DNA of 64,000 bases, taken from positions 38,564,001 through 38,628,000 of the forward strand of contig NC_043000.1 in assembly GCF_006345805.1 (NCBI RefSeq), in the 5' to 3' direction. This stretch comes from Octopus sinensis (taxonomy: Eukaryota). Position numbers and translations under genes: made by a program. Positions 1 to 13,029 of this stretch are shown here, piece after piece. The notes under the pieces were generated by a model. That model saw only the letters and a program-made list of their open reading frames with translations, did not search any database and was not told where the DNA came from. The first letter of the stretch is position 1; every line of letters begins with the position of its first letter.

Positions 1-260
1 ATCTATCTATCTATCTATCTATCTATCTTTAAACATATACACACACAGACACAAGCACACAGCCTCACATAGACACACATATATAGATATATATATAGAA
101 ATAGATCGAATTGATAAACAGGCAGAAACAGATAGATAGATAGATAGATAGATAGAGACATAGATAGATAGAGAGATAGAGATAGAGAGATAGATGATGT
201 AGAATGATAGATAGATAGATAGATAGATAGATGGATGGATGGATGGATGGATAGATAGAT
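1..260. repeat. (ATCT)n/(GATA)n/(GATG)n compound microsatellite
   Basis: Direct reading. Confidence 0.95.
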
Positions 261-1234
261 ATTGTTTCTTTATTAGCCACACAGGGCTGCACACAGATGG
301 AACAAATTACAAGGTAGAGCTTTTCTTTTGAAGGTATTAAAAAAAAAAAAAAAAAGGAAGGGGGAGGTTCGATCAAAAGGGATCGTAAAAGGAGAGAAAG
401 AGGACAAAATAAGGGGGTTAAAAAAAAAAAAAAAAGGAGGGGGGGGGGAGAGGAAAAAAAATGATCAATAGGGATCGTTATCACAGAAATGTCAATATGA
501 AGTGTAAAGGGGAGGACAGGTGAGGTTTACCCGTGGAAAGAAAGCCTGCGGAAAGACCACGGTAACCTCGGTCAATGAAGTCACATTTTATATTTCTTTT
601 TTTTTTTTTTTTTTTTTTTCAAATAAGCAACTCTCTGTTTTCGATTTCTGGGTTCATAGGACTATGCTCAAGGTGGCTTCGTCATTCATACGTGCCATTC
701 TTGCTACATTCACCCATCTTTTTTTAAAACATTCGCTAGACAAAACTTGCCTCTCTACTCTCACTTTCCTTTTCAAGTGGTACTTGAAGAAGTTGATGAG
801 AGATTGACCAGAGAGGAAAGTGTTTGTCTCCAATCCTTTCAGACGCGTCACCAGATACATTCTTTCGCCATAGCCACAAGGATGATGAAAATAGCTCTTC
901 CTTCCCGTTTGAAGGAAGGAGGCGTGACAATATTGACGATAGACTCAGCTGATAAACCGACTCGTCCCACACGTGACAGCAGTTGTTCGACATAAGCCCA
1001 CAGGTCGGAAATTGTTGGACACTGAACGAGTGCGTGCAGAACGGTTTCGTCGCTCTGACCGCATCTCGGGCAGGTCGGCCCCGTGTTTCTCGACCGTGTC
1101 TGTAGAGCTTATCCCGAACGGGTAGCGCTCTCGGTAGCACTGCCAGGCCAGGGATCTCTGGAAGTTGTCCATGGGCCCTGGCCCGAAAGTCGTCCCGAAC
1201 AGGCGGGTCAGGTACTCCTCGTCGATGTCGACGT
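261..1234 (-). mobile_element. 5'-truncated Tx1-like (L1 superfamily) non-LTR retrotransposon: C-terminal zf-RVT region plus 3' UTR, inserted in (GATA)n
   Basis: Frameshifted LAWQCYR/ALPVRDKLYRHG...TRLKGLETNTFLSGQSLINFFKYHLKRKVRVERQVLSSECFKKRWVNVAR*. A 15-bp direct repeat GATGGATAGATAGAT sits at 246-260 and 1235-1249. Confidence 0.8.
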
Positions 1235-1309
1235 GATGGATAGATAGATAGATAATAGATAGATAGGTAGGTATGAATAAAACATATTTGGTAGTGTAAA
1301 GAATGGTAC

Positions 1310-1318
1310 ATAATACTG

Positions 1319-1353
<35 letters not shown>

Positions 1354-1366
1354 TAATAATAATAAC

Positions 1367-1424
<58 letters not shown>

Positions 1425-1478
1425 TAATAATAATAATAATAATAATAACAATAATAACAACAACAACAATAAAAATAA

Positions 1479-1541
<63 letters not shown>
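1310..1541. repeat. (TAA)n microsatellite, one of many
   Basis: Direct reading; source of the poly-I/L/Y pseudo-ORFs. Confidence 0.95.
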
Positions 1542-1542
<1 letters not shown>

Positions 1543-1544
1543 GG

Positions 1545-2225
1545 CAATAAACTCGCGCGCAGTCGCAGCAGTTGAGTATGGTGCTTGAATCTTGAGCTGA
1601 AGAGAGTAAGAGATAAAGGAGATGGATAGGAAATCACGAAGGCTCTTAACGATGCATGGAGAGCAGCTGATGGCCTAAACAGGACACTGATTGCCCATAC
1701 ATGAAGAGAGTAAATAACAGAAGAGAACTGATAAGTGTGGAAGACTGTGTACATGTCGAACTGGAGAGCTTAATGAGATACCTAGCCCAAAATAAGGAAC
1801 GAGGGAGCACTGAAAGCAGAGAAAAGGGGAAAATGAATGATAAACAACAAAAGGGACATGAAGAATAATTACGCAACTGGGAACTACACAATCAATTCTA
1901 TGTAGCAACAACAGAGTTGCTAGAAAGAATAGGTGGGATTGGTTGAAGAAAGGAAAAACTAACAAAAGAGACCTAGAGCACAATACTGGCAGTGCAAAAC
2001 CAAGCTTTGGCCACGAGCTAGAAGGTGAACTACCGGAATGAGCAGGTGGCTCCGCTGTGCCGCATTTGTAATTGAGTGGATGAAACCATTGCCCATATGA
2101 CAAACGAATGCCCTAGACTTGCCCAAAACCACTACAAGTTGTGGCGACACGACCAGGTAGCGAAAGTGCTACATTGGAAACTGTGCGAAAAGGTGGGGGC
2201 CAGAGAAAATCAACTCGTACTATGA
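1545..2225 (+). mobile_element. Decayed R4/Dong-clade (RLE) non-LTR retrotransposon fragment
   Basis: MDRKSRRLLTMHG..., WLKKGKLTKET..ILAVQNQAL, CR...ETIAHMTNECPRLAQNHYKLWRHDQVAKVLHWKLC (zinc knuckle region); follows a long (TAA)n. Confidence 0.8.
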
Positions 2226-2825
2226 GCACAAACCGTAGACATTTGCAACCCTGTGTCCAGCTTCAAGAGAATCAATAAGAGACACACTCAACATGTTTGG
2301 CCGATTTTATATGGCGACTGAAGGAAGCTAAAATTAAGTACAACATAACTTGGTCCATGGTAAGGCATGCAGAACCATAGCATATAAATTTCAGGAGATA
2401 CCAATTCTGCTCTGAGGAACCCCTGTCTGTTCTGTAGACCAATCAGAAGGTCATTAATAGAATTTCTGAAGGACCCTCAAGATGCTTACAGGCAGATAAA
2501 TGTACTTCTGCACAAGGCAGAGCGAATGAATTTGAGTTTACTTGACAGTTTACTTTAAGGTTGGATGAATTAAGTTTAGCTTTAACCTCCCCATTCTTAT
2601 AAACGCCAAGTAGATATTTAACTCGCTTTGTGATCGTGAGTGCACAAAACCACACGCGTGCATGCTTACTTTTTTGCGGATGCTTGTATGTGCGAGTGTA
2701 CACGCGCCATGCATCTTACGCGAGGGCGTTTCTACATCCTTATCCGTTAACGGCTATTTTAAAAAAATACTTATCTCGCTGTATTGCGAGTTCATTTCTA
2801 TCTATCTATCTATCTATCTACCTAC

Positions 2826-2878
<53 letters not shown>

Positions 2879-2914
2879 CATCCATCCATCCATCCATCCA
2901 TCCATCCATCCATC

Positions 2915-2964
<50 letters not shown>

Positions 2965-3293
2965 TTATCTATCCATGCATCTATCTATCTATCCCAGTAT
3001 CATCGCCTTTTTAATGGCCCTTCTGATATGGTTGGCATTTGACGAAGGATGGAAGTTGATATTGCTGCCCTCTCTCGAGTTTCTTGCCGTGTAGGTTTAT
3101 CTAGGGTCATGGACAGTACAAAGTCAAGAAGCTCCTTAAAATAACCCCTCCATGTATATTCAACAGGTTTTGGGTAAAATATTAAATAGCTGTAGGCATT
3201 TGAATCCCAATCTATTGCAGTACCTAGATGGAATGGGGGAGATATATGGAACAGAATCATGACGTTCTGCTTGCGAGGGCTGGTATAAATGTT

Positions 3294-3362
<69 letters not shown>

Positions 3363-3402
3363 GTATATATATATCCCCCTCTCTCTGTCCTTACACACAC
3401 AA

Positions 3403-3456
<54 letters not shown>

Positions 3457-3823
3457 ACACACAAACACTCGAGCACGTACGTTGAATATGAACGGTTCAG
3501 GCTTGCCGAGTAGGAAATACATCCATTGCGTAAAAGTTCTTTGGTTAAAACATGTCATATATATTGCCATGATTTTTGTTCCGATCTTTGACTCCCCACA
3601 AATCCTAAATTTTACTTTAGAATTCATTGGGGCAGCTGTCTTTGAAGATTCATATTGTCGTTTAATGTTCGAAATGAGGAGTAGATAGACAACCGACAAC
3701 TGATGAAGGGTAGTTACTCGGTGTTTATCTGTCCTGTTTTCCATTTTTTCTGGTTGTTTATGTATGTAACTCATTTGTTTACGCATATTATGTTATTTGC
3801 AACCGTTGGTGATGTCCTATACC

Positions 3824-3868
<45 letters not shown>

Positions 3869-5287
3869 TATATATATATAAAATACAAAATGGGACAAGA
3901 ACGCACAACATCCGGACAACTAGGTGATACAAAAAGGGACAACAAAACATCCAGATAGACGATACAAAAAAACAAAACAAGGACGGGTCATTCGAAGCCT
4001 TTTATCTTCAGTCAAGAACCGGATCATTCTCGCAATTTCGGCTGATTAATCTTGAGATTCTTCCAATCTGGCCAATCAGGATATGACCTGTTATTTTTTT
4101 ATTATTATTATTTTTATTGTATTTTTGTATTTGTATTCGTGTAACATCGTCTGTTTTAACGTCCTTGTTTTCGTATACATTTGATGCTTTTTCCCAAGGA
4201 ATCTAATGCTCTAAGCTCAGTTTTCAAGTAATGAACAATTTTCACCAAAACAATGATATAATTTATCGACTTGGATCTTATTGCAACGCTGCACGATACA
4301 CAAGAGTACCACCACCATCTCCACCACATCTGCCATAGACACACACCATACAAACCTCTGACGCTACCAACATCAATACCTTTGAATTCGCCGCCTTCCT
4401 CCCCCAACACCATTACCACTGTCGCATCAACGCCTCGGCTATCACCGCCACCACCGCCGTCATCATCACCGCCGCCTCCACCTCTATTACAACTTCAGCT
4501 CATACTATTAGTATTGCCCCATTACCATCACAAAATGGCTAAATGTGTGTGTTCGTTATGTTACATCAGCCTGGTAGTTCAGTGGTCACTCCGTCTTTCT
4601 CTTACATATCCACTCTTTCTCTCTCTCTTATTATTTACTCCCACTGCCACCATCAACACTACTACATTTAATAAAAAACATCATCAACTCTCCTTAAATT
4701 TCTTTGTCTCTCTTTCTCTCCCACTTTTCCTTTTTCTTGTTCTCTCTCTATCTGTCTTCGCCACCACCTTCACCGTCTCTATGCCTACTGTTACTCTCAC
4801 CCCAATATGAGCAATAGTAGGAGTGTCAAAGAATAATGCGAGACGGGGAGGGGGTCAAAGTGTGACACACTGACACACAGAACTTAGTTTTCGCATTTAT
4901 TATATTAGAAGTATGTATATATATATGTATACAGACACGCACATATAATGTATATATATATATCGTACTCGAATTAGAGCTGAGGTCCTCTACAAAACAC
5001 ACACACACACACTCACACACACACTCACACACATACACACACACACACACACAACACACACACCACACACAAACCCACAAACACACATCTCCAAAAGATA
5101 CACTAACATTAGCAAGTCTTAGGTGTCACGTTGAAATGAAATATCTTGTGATACAATCTCCGCACTATTAACTGCGACATATTTCGTATCCTGAAGATGA
5201 TACGAAGTATATCTCAAGTTATGTGCTACAAGCAACAATGTTGTTGTATACCACCACAAATTGTAGAAAGTAAATAACTGTACTCAC

Positions 5288-5357
5288 CTTTTAAAAAAAT
5301 GATTTGGTAAAACGCGGGAAAACGACGGATACAGAAATGTGGCCACACCAACAAAAA
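5288..5357 (-). CDS. Adhesion GPCR-like gene, exon D (70 nt, phase 1-2): (V)FVGVATFLYPSFSRVLPNHFFK
   Basis: Acceptor gatttctttacag, donor AAG|gtgagt. The exon C G plus TT gives Val. V-x-V-x-x-F-LY-x-x-x-x-x-LP matches the GAIN-B strand that precedes the VNS motif. Confidence 0.75.
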
Positions 5358-5379
5358 CTGTAAAGAAATCAACAGTGTC

Positions 5380-5437
<58 letters not shown>

Positions 5438-5468
5438 GTAATACTACTACTACTACTACTACTACTAC

Positions 5469-5499
<31 letters not shown>

Positions 5500-5512
5500 G
5501 ATAATAATAATG

Positions 5513-5559
<47 letters not shown>

Positions 5560-5586
5560 TAATAATATAATAATAATAATAATAAT

Positions 5587-6142
5587 ATGCTCTGATGCAG
5601 TACCAGGCAGTGGGTCTCATGGCTTCTGATCTTAACTGATTGGAAGTGTTATCATGTATATAGTTTTGTCTTGATATAAAAGATGGGCTACAGCAAATAT
5701 TCTGCTCAATGCCACAGATTTGCTTGTCAGTTGTTTGACTTTAACCAGTTGAGCAGGTCCCTTAGTGGCTGACGATATGTGCATCTCTGATCACGAGCAG
5801 ATGTAGTGGGGGAGCATCATAGCCATGTGTGGAGAGGGATTCTTTGGGGTTTGAATAATTCACCTCTGGAAACATGGGTGGTTCTTTCAACATCCTTAAG
5901 CAACCCTTATTCAGGGACCTTTTGAGCGGGATGGGCTACTCAACCTGAAGAAAATTCTAACTGGGCCCCACCTGCAAGGTCATGTGCTGTTTATCTTGAT
6001 ATGAGATCACCATGTCGTGCACATATGGTTGTGATGCATGTGCCTGGTTTACCCTTATCAGATGGGTAGTCATGATGGGTATATTGGGCTTCGTATATTT
6101 TACCCCAGTATCACTTTGATGGCATGAACTGCTCTCTCACTC
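5587..6142. mobile_element. 556-bp non-coding interspersed element, full copy, inserted in (TAA)n
   Basis: Collinear and highly similar to 12284-12839; both ends abut TAA repeats. Confidence 0.85.
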
Positions 6143-6200
<58 letters not shown>

Positions 6201-6202
<2 letters not shown>

Positions 6203-6561
6203 CCTGATGGAATGCCAGGCAGTGGCTCTCCTGGCTTCTGATCTTAACTGATTGGAAGTGTTATCATGTACATGTTTTTGTCTTGGCATAAAAGATGGGC
6301 TACAGCAAACATTCTGGTCAATACCACATATTTGCCTGTCAGTTGCTTGACCTTAACCAGTTAGCATGTCCCTTAGTGGCTGATGATAAATGCATCTCTG
6401 ATCACGAGGAGAAATAGTGGGGGAACATCATAGCCATGTGTTGAGAGGAATTCTTTGGGGTTTGAATAATTCTCCTCTGGAAAGACGGGTGTTTTATTCA
6501 ACATCCTTAAACAAGTCTCGTTCAGAGATCTTTTGAGGGGGATGGGCTACTCGACCTGAAG
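6201..6561. mobile_element. Partial, diverged copy of the 556-bp element (left end retained)
   Basis: Aligns with 5587-5950; starts in the TAA tract after copy 1 and ends in a SINE fragment. Confidence 0.8.
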
Positions 6562-7826
6562 ACGTCGACTTTGCCTTTCATCTTTTCGGGTTCAATAAAT
6601 TAAGCACCAGTTGCGTACTGGGATCGATGTAATCAACTGGTCCCCTCCTCAAAATTTCGGACCTTGTGCCTAGAGTAGAACAATAACATTTCTAGTCTCA
6701 CAACTGTCAAGACCTTTAAGCATGTCGCTTGTCTTCTCAGGCACATCATTTCCCTGTTCAGCTCCCTGTTAGCCATAAGACCTTTTATTCCAATAGCCTC
6801 TTTTCTTAAAATGCTGCCCTCAAGAACTCAGTGCCATCGACACGTTTTCCTCTGTTCTATGATATTTGACCCTTTAATCTTTTTATCAATCGATATGTTT
6901 TGAATTTATACGCCCTTTCTTTTTCTCCTTTGTAAGCAGTTTATAGTCTTGAGAGGCCTCAAGTCTTATTTGCAACAAAAGTGCAGAAAAATGGGAAAAT
7001 CTTCAATATTAGAGATGGCACCTGTTGATGACGTCACTTAATTACGTCATTATTTGCTGTTTCTATGCGAAACTCTGTCTTTACCTGTTTATGAGTGAAC
7101 AGTTGCAATAAATGCTTCGCTTAATGCAGAACCGTATTTGTCATACTAGTCGCCAATTTCGAGAGTAATTTCAATTGTCTATAGAAGCCAAGTGTTGGAA
7201 GTGTGTGATGCTCTCAACCACGTTTTAATGTACTCAACAACTGTCGCAAGTTATTGATTCAATCTGTTTGACCAAAGTACAGCAGTATATTGATCACATA
7301 CACACAGCGGTTGATTCGATTTCAATTAGTTGGTTTCGATCTGCTTCCACAGATATAAAACCAGTGCGGGGTTAACGTGGACTTGGATTTAGTTTCCAAA
7401 TGTTTTAGCCTCGTTTGATCGTCTGAGTTGCCGCCTTTGTCTGTTTTGAGGGAAATCTTGATCCAATGTTTACATTCCCCCAGTTCATGTAGAATTTTGA
7501 TTAATTAAGGTGTTGCTGTCAGTGAAATTGTGTGTAAAGGCTTACATGATTAAATATGTATGATATGGTTAAGTGACTATAGCATCGGGTCTATAGAATA
7601 TATGGAGATGACAGAAATATTGCTACAAAGATTTATTGACTGAGTGCTGTGCGAAGTATTTGAGGAATATAAGTTTGAAATCTCTTGAAAAAACATGCAG
7701 AACTAGATCGTAAGTAGAAGGTAACACCAGATCGCGCACTCAAATCACGGACTAAACCGCATTGAATTTCACAGGCAAAATTATTTTTCGCTTAGTCCAC
7801 TCCAATCGGTTGACAAGGGTAACGGA

Positions 7827-7922
<96 letters not shown>

Positions 7923-8037
7923 TGTATATATGAATAGATTTTCCTTGTTAACAATTAATACGGAAAAAATTGATAAATAATCACCAGGTTAGCAAAAAAT
8001 CACACAAGTATTTGAATTATACCTGCGTTAAACTGCA

Positions 8038-8076
<39 letters not shown>

Positions 8077-8226
8077 GTTTGTGTGTATGTACGTATGTAT
8101 GCATATATAAACGTATATATATTTTATGTATATGTATTTGCATATATAGATACATATGTGTACGCGCGTGTGTGCTTGCACCTGTGTGTATATATATGTG
8201 GATTTTTGTGTGCTTCTATGTGTATA

Positions 8227-8302
<76 letters not shown>

Positions 8303-9798
8303 AGTGTGTGTGTGTGTGTGTGTATGTGTTTGTGTGAATGTATGTGTGTTCACTCGGCAGAGAATTTTCGTCAATAATTCTGAGAGCATAATTTCTGTGG
8401 GATGTGTATGCGATAGGAGGCATTGTCCCACATGTGGCAGCCATTAGGACCTGTGGTGCTAGCATCTACGAAAGGTTTCCCTGTATTTTGCTATGTGCCC
8501 TCATTCAAATTGGTGCCTATTTTTCCCAGTCTATTGCACTCTACAGAAAATTCTGACTCAAGCAAATGAATTTTTCGAAGTATCTATTCGTCATAGAAAT
8601 CTTACTATATTCAATAAGAACTATCTGAACTACTTTCCTCGGAATATATATAGCTCACGCCGCGGTTTATTTTCAGAGTCGACCTTGACATCATTATACT
8701 TTGGGCAAATGCCAGCATCATTAGTCAGTAGGATGCTAAGTGCGAATGTCAGAATATATGACTGCGAAGAAATTGGTGCTTCCCTTTCACCACCTTCCAT
8801 TAGATATATAATCAAGATTACATATTAGTGTTGCACATGGTCTGTATAGAAATCAAAAATCCATTATGGTATCATAAAGAAAGAAACCAAGAAGAAATGC
8901 AATTATTCTCTTTCTTTGTAAGTTGTGCGATTCAATATTTCAGGACGAAAGAAACCCCGCTATGATGAGTTTCGAAAATAAAAGCATAATCTGTAACGTG
9001 GCGTAAATGCAATTTGAAATTTGCTGACTCTGCGCATGTTGATAGAAAATCTATCAATAAAATCAAGAAATAGATAAAGCCTCGCTTTAGTCAAACAAAA
9101 TGAGGACCATAAAATATAAATGTTTTGTAAAAGTAATGTTAATGCCTTAAATGCACTAATGTGTAGCTCGAAGTCAACTTTTGCGGAAACGACAGAATAG
9201 ATGATTCACCATTAGGCTATTGTTATCACAATGATGAAATGAGGAAATGATGAGGTGATGAGATATTGAACACTAATTTCGTTTAAAAGGATCAGAACCG
9301 ATATCTTTTAACTATTGAAACCTTGCTTCCATAAAATTCCAACAATAACGTGCTTTGTTTTCTTATCTTTCCGTTTGTGAATAGAGGAAGATAAGGGTCA
9401 TGTTGAACCGGAAATCCTTTTCAGAGTTTCAAAGACTGAATAGTTTTAATTAGTTTTAATAAGTTTAATGAAATCAAAGTTTAAAATGAATTTAATTTGA
9501 AACATTAGACTAGGTGATGTAGAAGATGACAACAACGTTTAGTGTCTGTGAGGATGGAGTGAATAATGAATGCGTTACTATTGAAAAAAACAGCACCCCC
9601 CACCCAAAAAAAACCCAGATAGAGTGCTTCACATCTTCGGTTAGCAATGGGAAATAAAGGTTAATTGTTTAGGTCGGTGGTTGTCAGCCAGGGTCTACAT
9701 GGCCCTTGGGGATCCACATCAGATTATTTTGTTAAAATTTATGTGCAATGAATTAGTGATAGAGTACAAGAAATATTTCAACAATTTTTTTTTATTAT

Positions 9799-9958
9799 AC
9801 AGATGTGGCTGTGTGGCAAGAAACTTGCTTTCCAACCACACGGTTCCGGGGTCAGTCCTACAGCATGGCGTATTGAGCAAGTGTATTCTACTATAGCCTC
9901 GGGCCAACCAAATCCTTATAAGTGGATTTGATGGACGGAAACTGAAAGATGCCCGTCG

Positions 9959-10003
<45 letters not shown>

Positions 10004-10245
10004 CGTGTGTGTGTGTGTGTGTGTGTGTATTTGTGTATCTGTGTTTGTCCCCTCACCATCACTTGACAACTGATGTTGGTGAGCTTATGCTCCTGTAACC
10101 TAGCGGTTTGGCAATAACGACCGATAGAATAAGTACTAGGCTTACAAAGAATAAGTCTTGGGGTCGATATGTTCGATTAGAGACGGTGCTCTAGCATGGC
10201 CGCAGTCAAATGACTGAAACAAGTAAAAGAATAAAAAATAAAGAA
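9799..10245 (+). mobile_element. tRNA-derived SINE family A (central (TA)n(TG)n, tail ...gactgaaacaagtaaaaga), representative copy
   Basis: Further copies at about 16322-16709(-), 17455-17612, 17985-18125, 18580-19225, 20972-21322(-), 22355-22497, 23195-23995, 24985-25345, 39205-39580(-), 44390-44810, 53225-53605(-), 55678-56045, 63940-64000(-). Resembles CORE-type octopus SINEs from memory. Confidence 0.85.
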
Positions 10246-11029
10246 TCTACTTATAAAAGCATTATAGGATATTTTTAAAACATCGAATGGCTATGGAGGT
10301 CCAGCTGAGTAAATTACGAATGAAAGGGGTCAATAGAGGAAAAAACAATGGTTGGGAATCCCTGCTGTAGTTGAATTGTTAATTACTGATGAAAGCGAGA
10401 TTGAGTTAAAACGACTGTAATAAATGTTTTCTTGTTAGTAGGAATGGTGTTATAGTAACGTGTGGCTTGATGGTGAAGATGACGACGACAATGATGATGA
10501 TGGACGTGGTGGAGGTGTAAGGAGTGGTAACGACGACGACAACAATAACAGCAGTGGAGGCGCAACGGCCCAGTGGTTAGGGCAGCGGACTCGCGCTCGT
10601 AAGAAGGCGGTTTCGATTCCCAGACCGGGTATTGTGAGTGTTTATTGAGCAAAAGCACCTAATCTTCACGAGGCTCCCGCGGGTGGTGGGGATGAACCCC
10701 TCTGTACTCTTTCACCACAAATTTCTCTCACTCTTTCTTCCTACTTCTGCCACAAAGCAGAGAAACCATGGTGTAACCCACTATGGTGTATTAAACTTTC
10801 AGATCCTAGTCTAGATTGCGAATCCTCTGTACCCCAGGATGGTTCAGCTCTCCACCCGTTAAAAGCCACCGTTTACGGAATGAGGATAATAACGTAGCTT
10901 TCGCGCCCGTGCAACCACCAGTCTATCGCGTGTGGTGAGTGGATCTTCAAGTTACCACACACATTCTTAGTAGCTTAGAATAGGCTCGAATTAGAGATTA
11001 TTCTTTGTGGCTAATGGCGAGAGTCTTGA

Positions 11030-11212
11030 TAAGAAGAAGAAGAAGAAGAAGAAGGAGGAGGAGGAGGAGGAGGAGGAGAAGAAAAAAAGAAGAAGAAGAA
11101 GAAGAAGAAGAAGAAGGAGGAGGAGGAGGAGGAGAAGGAGAAGAAGAAGAAGAAGAAGAAGAAGAAGGAGGAGGAGGAGAAGAAGAAGAAGAAGAAAAAG
11201 AAGAAGAAGACA
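11030..11212. repeat. (GAA)n/(GAG)n purine tract
   Basis: Direct reading. Confidence 0.95.
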
Positions 11213-11627
11213 ACAGCAGCATTAATAATCATTTCTACTTTAGGCACAAAGCCTGAAATTTTGGGGGAGGGGGCCTAATCGATTTCATCAATCGCAGTAC
11301 TCAACTGGTATTTATTTTACCGACCCCGAATGGCTGAAAACCAAAGTCGAACCGGCCGAGAGTTGATCTCAGGACATGAAATACCGCTAAGCAGTTTGCC
11401 CAGCGTGCTAACAATTCTGCCAGCTCGTCGACTTAACAATAAGGATAATAATAATGGTTTCAAACTTTGCTTCATCGACATCCAGTGTTTCATTGGTACT
11501 TAATTTATCGACCCCGGCGGAATTTGAACTCAGAACATGAAGACAGGCGAAATACCACAAATGATTTAGCCTGGCGTGCTAACGTTTCTACCATCTCGTC
11601 ACCTTAACAACAACAACAAAAGTAATA

Positions 11628-11676
<49 letters not shown>

Positions 11677-11677
<1 letters not shown>

Positions 11678-12164
11678 GATCACAGAAAACGAGAAAGAAA
11701 CCATACTATAGGATGTGCCAATACACACAGCTAGAGAAATTAAGACCAATAGGCCAGATATAATTGTCTGAGATCACGAAGAAAAAAATACTTTCTAATT
11801 GATGTATCAATACCAACAGATGACAGCATGTCTTTTAAACAAATGGAGAAAAATTCAAATACAAAGACCTGGAAATAGAGGTAACTCGAATTTGGAGTCT
11901 AAAAACTGAAACAATTCCTATCATAGTAGGTGCATTAGGCATGATAAAAAAATATTCAGACAAATACTTAACAAAAACACCAGGACAAATAAATATATAT
12001 AACATAGAGAAAATTGCACTACTGGGCACTATACACATCCTACGTAAAACACTTTCAATATGATAAAAATAAGAGCATCAGATCAAACCACAGCACATAC
12101 CCAAGACACACAGAGCTGCGCGCGGTAGTGAAGTGAAAGCACGATATAAAAAATAAAACTACTG
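11677..12164 (+). mobile_element. R4/Dong-clade 3' end (restriction-like endonuclease domain plus 3' UTR)
   Basis: NRPDII..., LIDVSIP, KYKDLEIEVTRIWSLKTETIPIIVGALG...ILRKTLSI*; (TAA)n on both sides. Confidence 0.85.
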
Positions 12165-12248
12165 AATAATAATCCTAATAATAATAATGATGATGATGAT
12201 GATGATGATGATGATAATAATAATAATAATAATAACAATAATAATAAC

Positions 12249-12283
<35 letters not shown>

Positions 12284-12285
<2 letters not shown>

Positions 12286-12839
12286 GCCCTGATGCAGTAC
12301 CAGGCAGTGGGTCTCATGGCTTCTGATCTTAACTGATTGGAAGTGTTATCATGTACATTGTTTTGTCTTGGTATAAAAGATGGGCTACAGCAAATATTCT
12401 GCTCAATACTACAGATTTGCTTGTCAGTTGTTTGACCTTAACCAGTTGAGCATGTCCCTTAGTGGCTGACGATATGTGCATCTCTGATCACGAGGAGAAG
12501 TAGTGGAGGAGCATCATAGCCATGTGTTGAGAGGGATTCTTTGGGGTTTGAATAGTTCACCTCTGGAAACATGGGTGGTTCTTTCAACATCCTTAAGCAA
12601 CCCTTATTCAGGGACCGTTTGAGCGGGATGGGCTACTCAACCTGAAGAAAATTCTAACTGGGCCCCACCTGCAAGGTCATGTGCTGTTTATCTTGATATG
12701 AGATCACCATGTCGCGCACATATGGTTGTGATGCATGTGCCTGGTGTACCTTTATCAGACGAGTAGTCATGATGGGTATATTGGGCTTCGTATATTTTAC
12801 CCCAGTGTCACTTTGATGGCATGAACTGCTCTCTCACTC
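12284..12839. mobile_element. 556-bp element, full copy
   Basis: Same termini (atgccctgatgcagtacc...gctctctcactc) with TAA flanks. Confidence 0.85.
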
Positions 12840-12906
<67 letters not shown>

Positions 12907-13029
12907 GTAAAAATAATAATAATAATATGGTTTCCACTTTTTGGTATATAGCTAGCCATTTTTTGACAGAGATAGTCGATTCCATCGACCTAGTACTCAT
13001 CGACCTCCGAAAGATAAAAAGGCAGAATC

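Noticed and set aside
2489-2605. Minus-strand KNGEVK...QVNSNSFALPC with a gtaagc donor
   Set aside because: The frame required after exon D hits a stop and the acceptor is weak.
3000-3290. Protein-like minus frame GTAIDWDSNAYSYLIFYPKPVEYTWRGYFKELLDF... after an AG at about 3228
   Set aside because: Wrong phase to follow exon D and no GAIN/GPS motifs. WRGYFKELL looks more like a LINE relic; left unassigned.
3670-3715. GAAA...CTGATGAAGGG (also 61925-61975 and 62700-62755) as a type-II hammerhead
   Set aside because: Core words are present but stem I does not pair in this permutation, so it is not called as a ribozyme.
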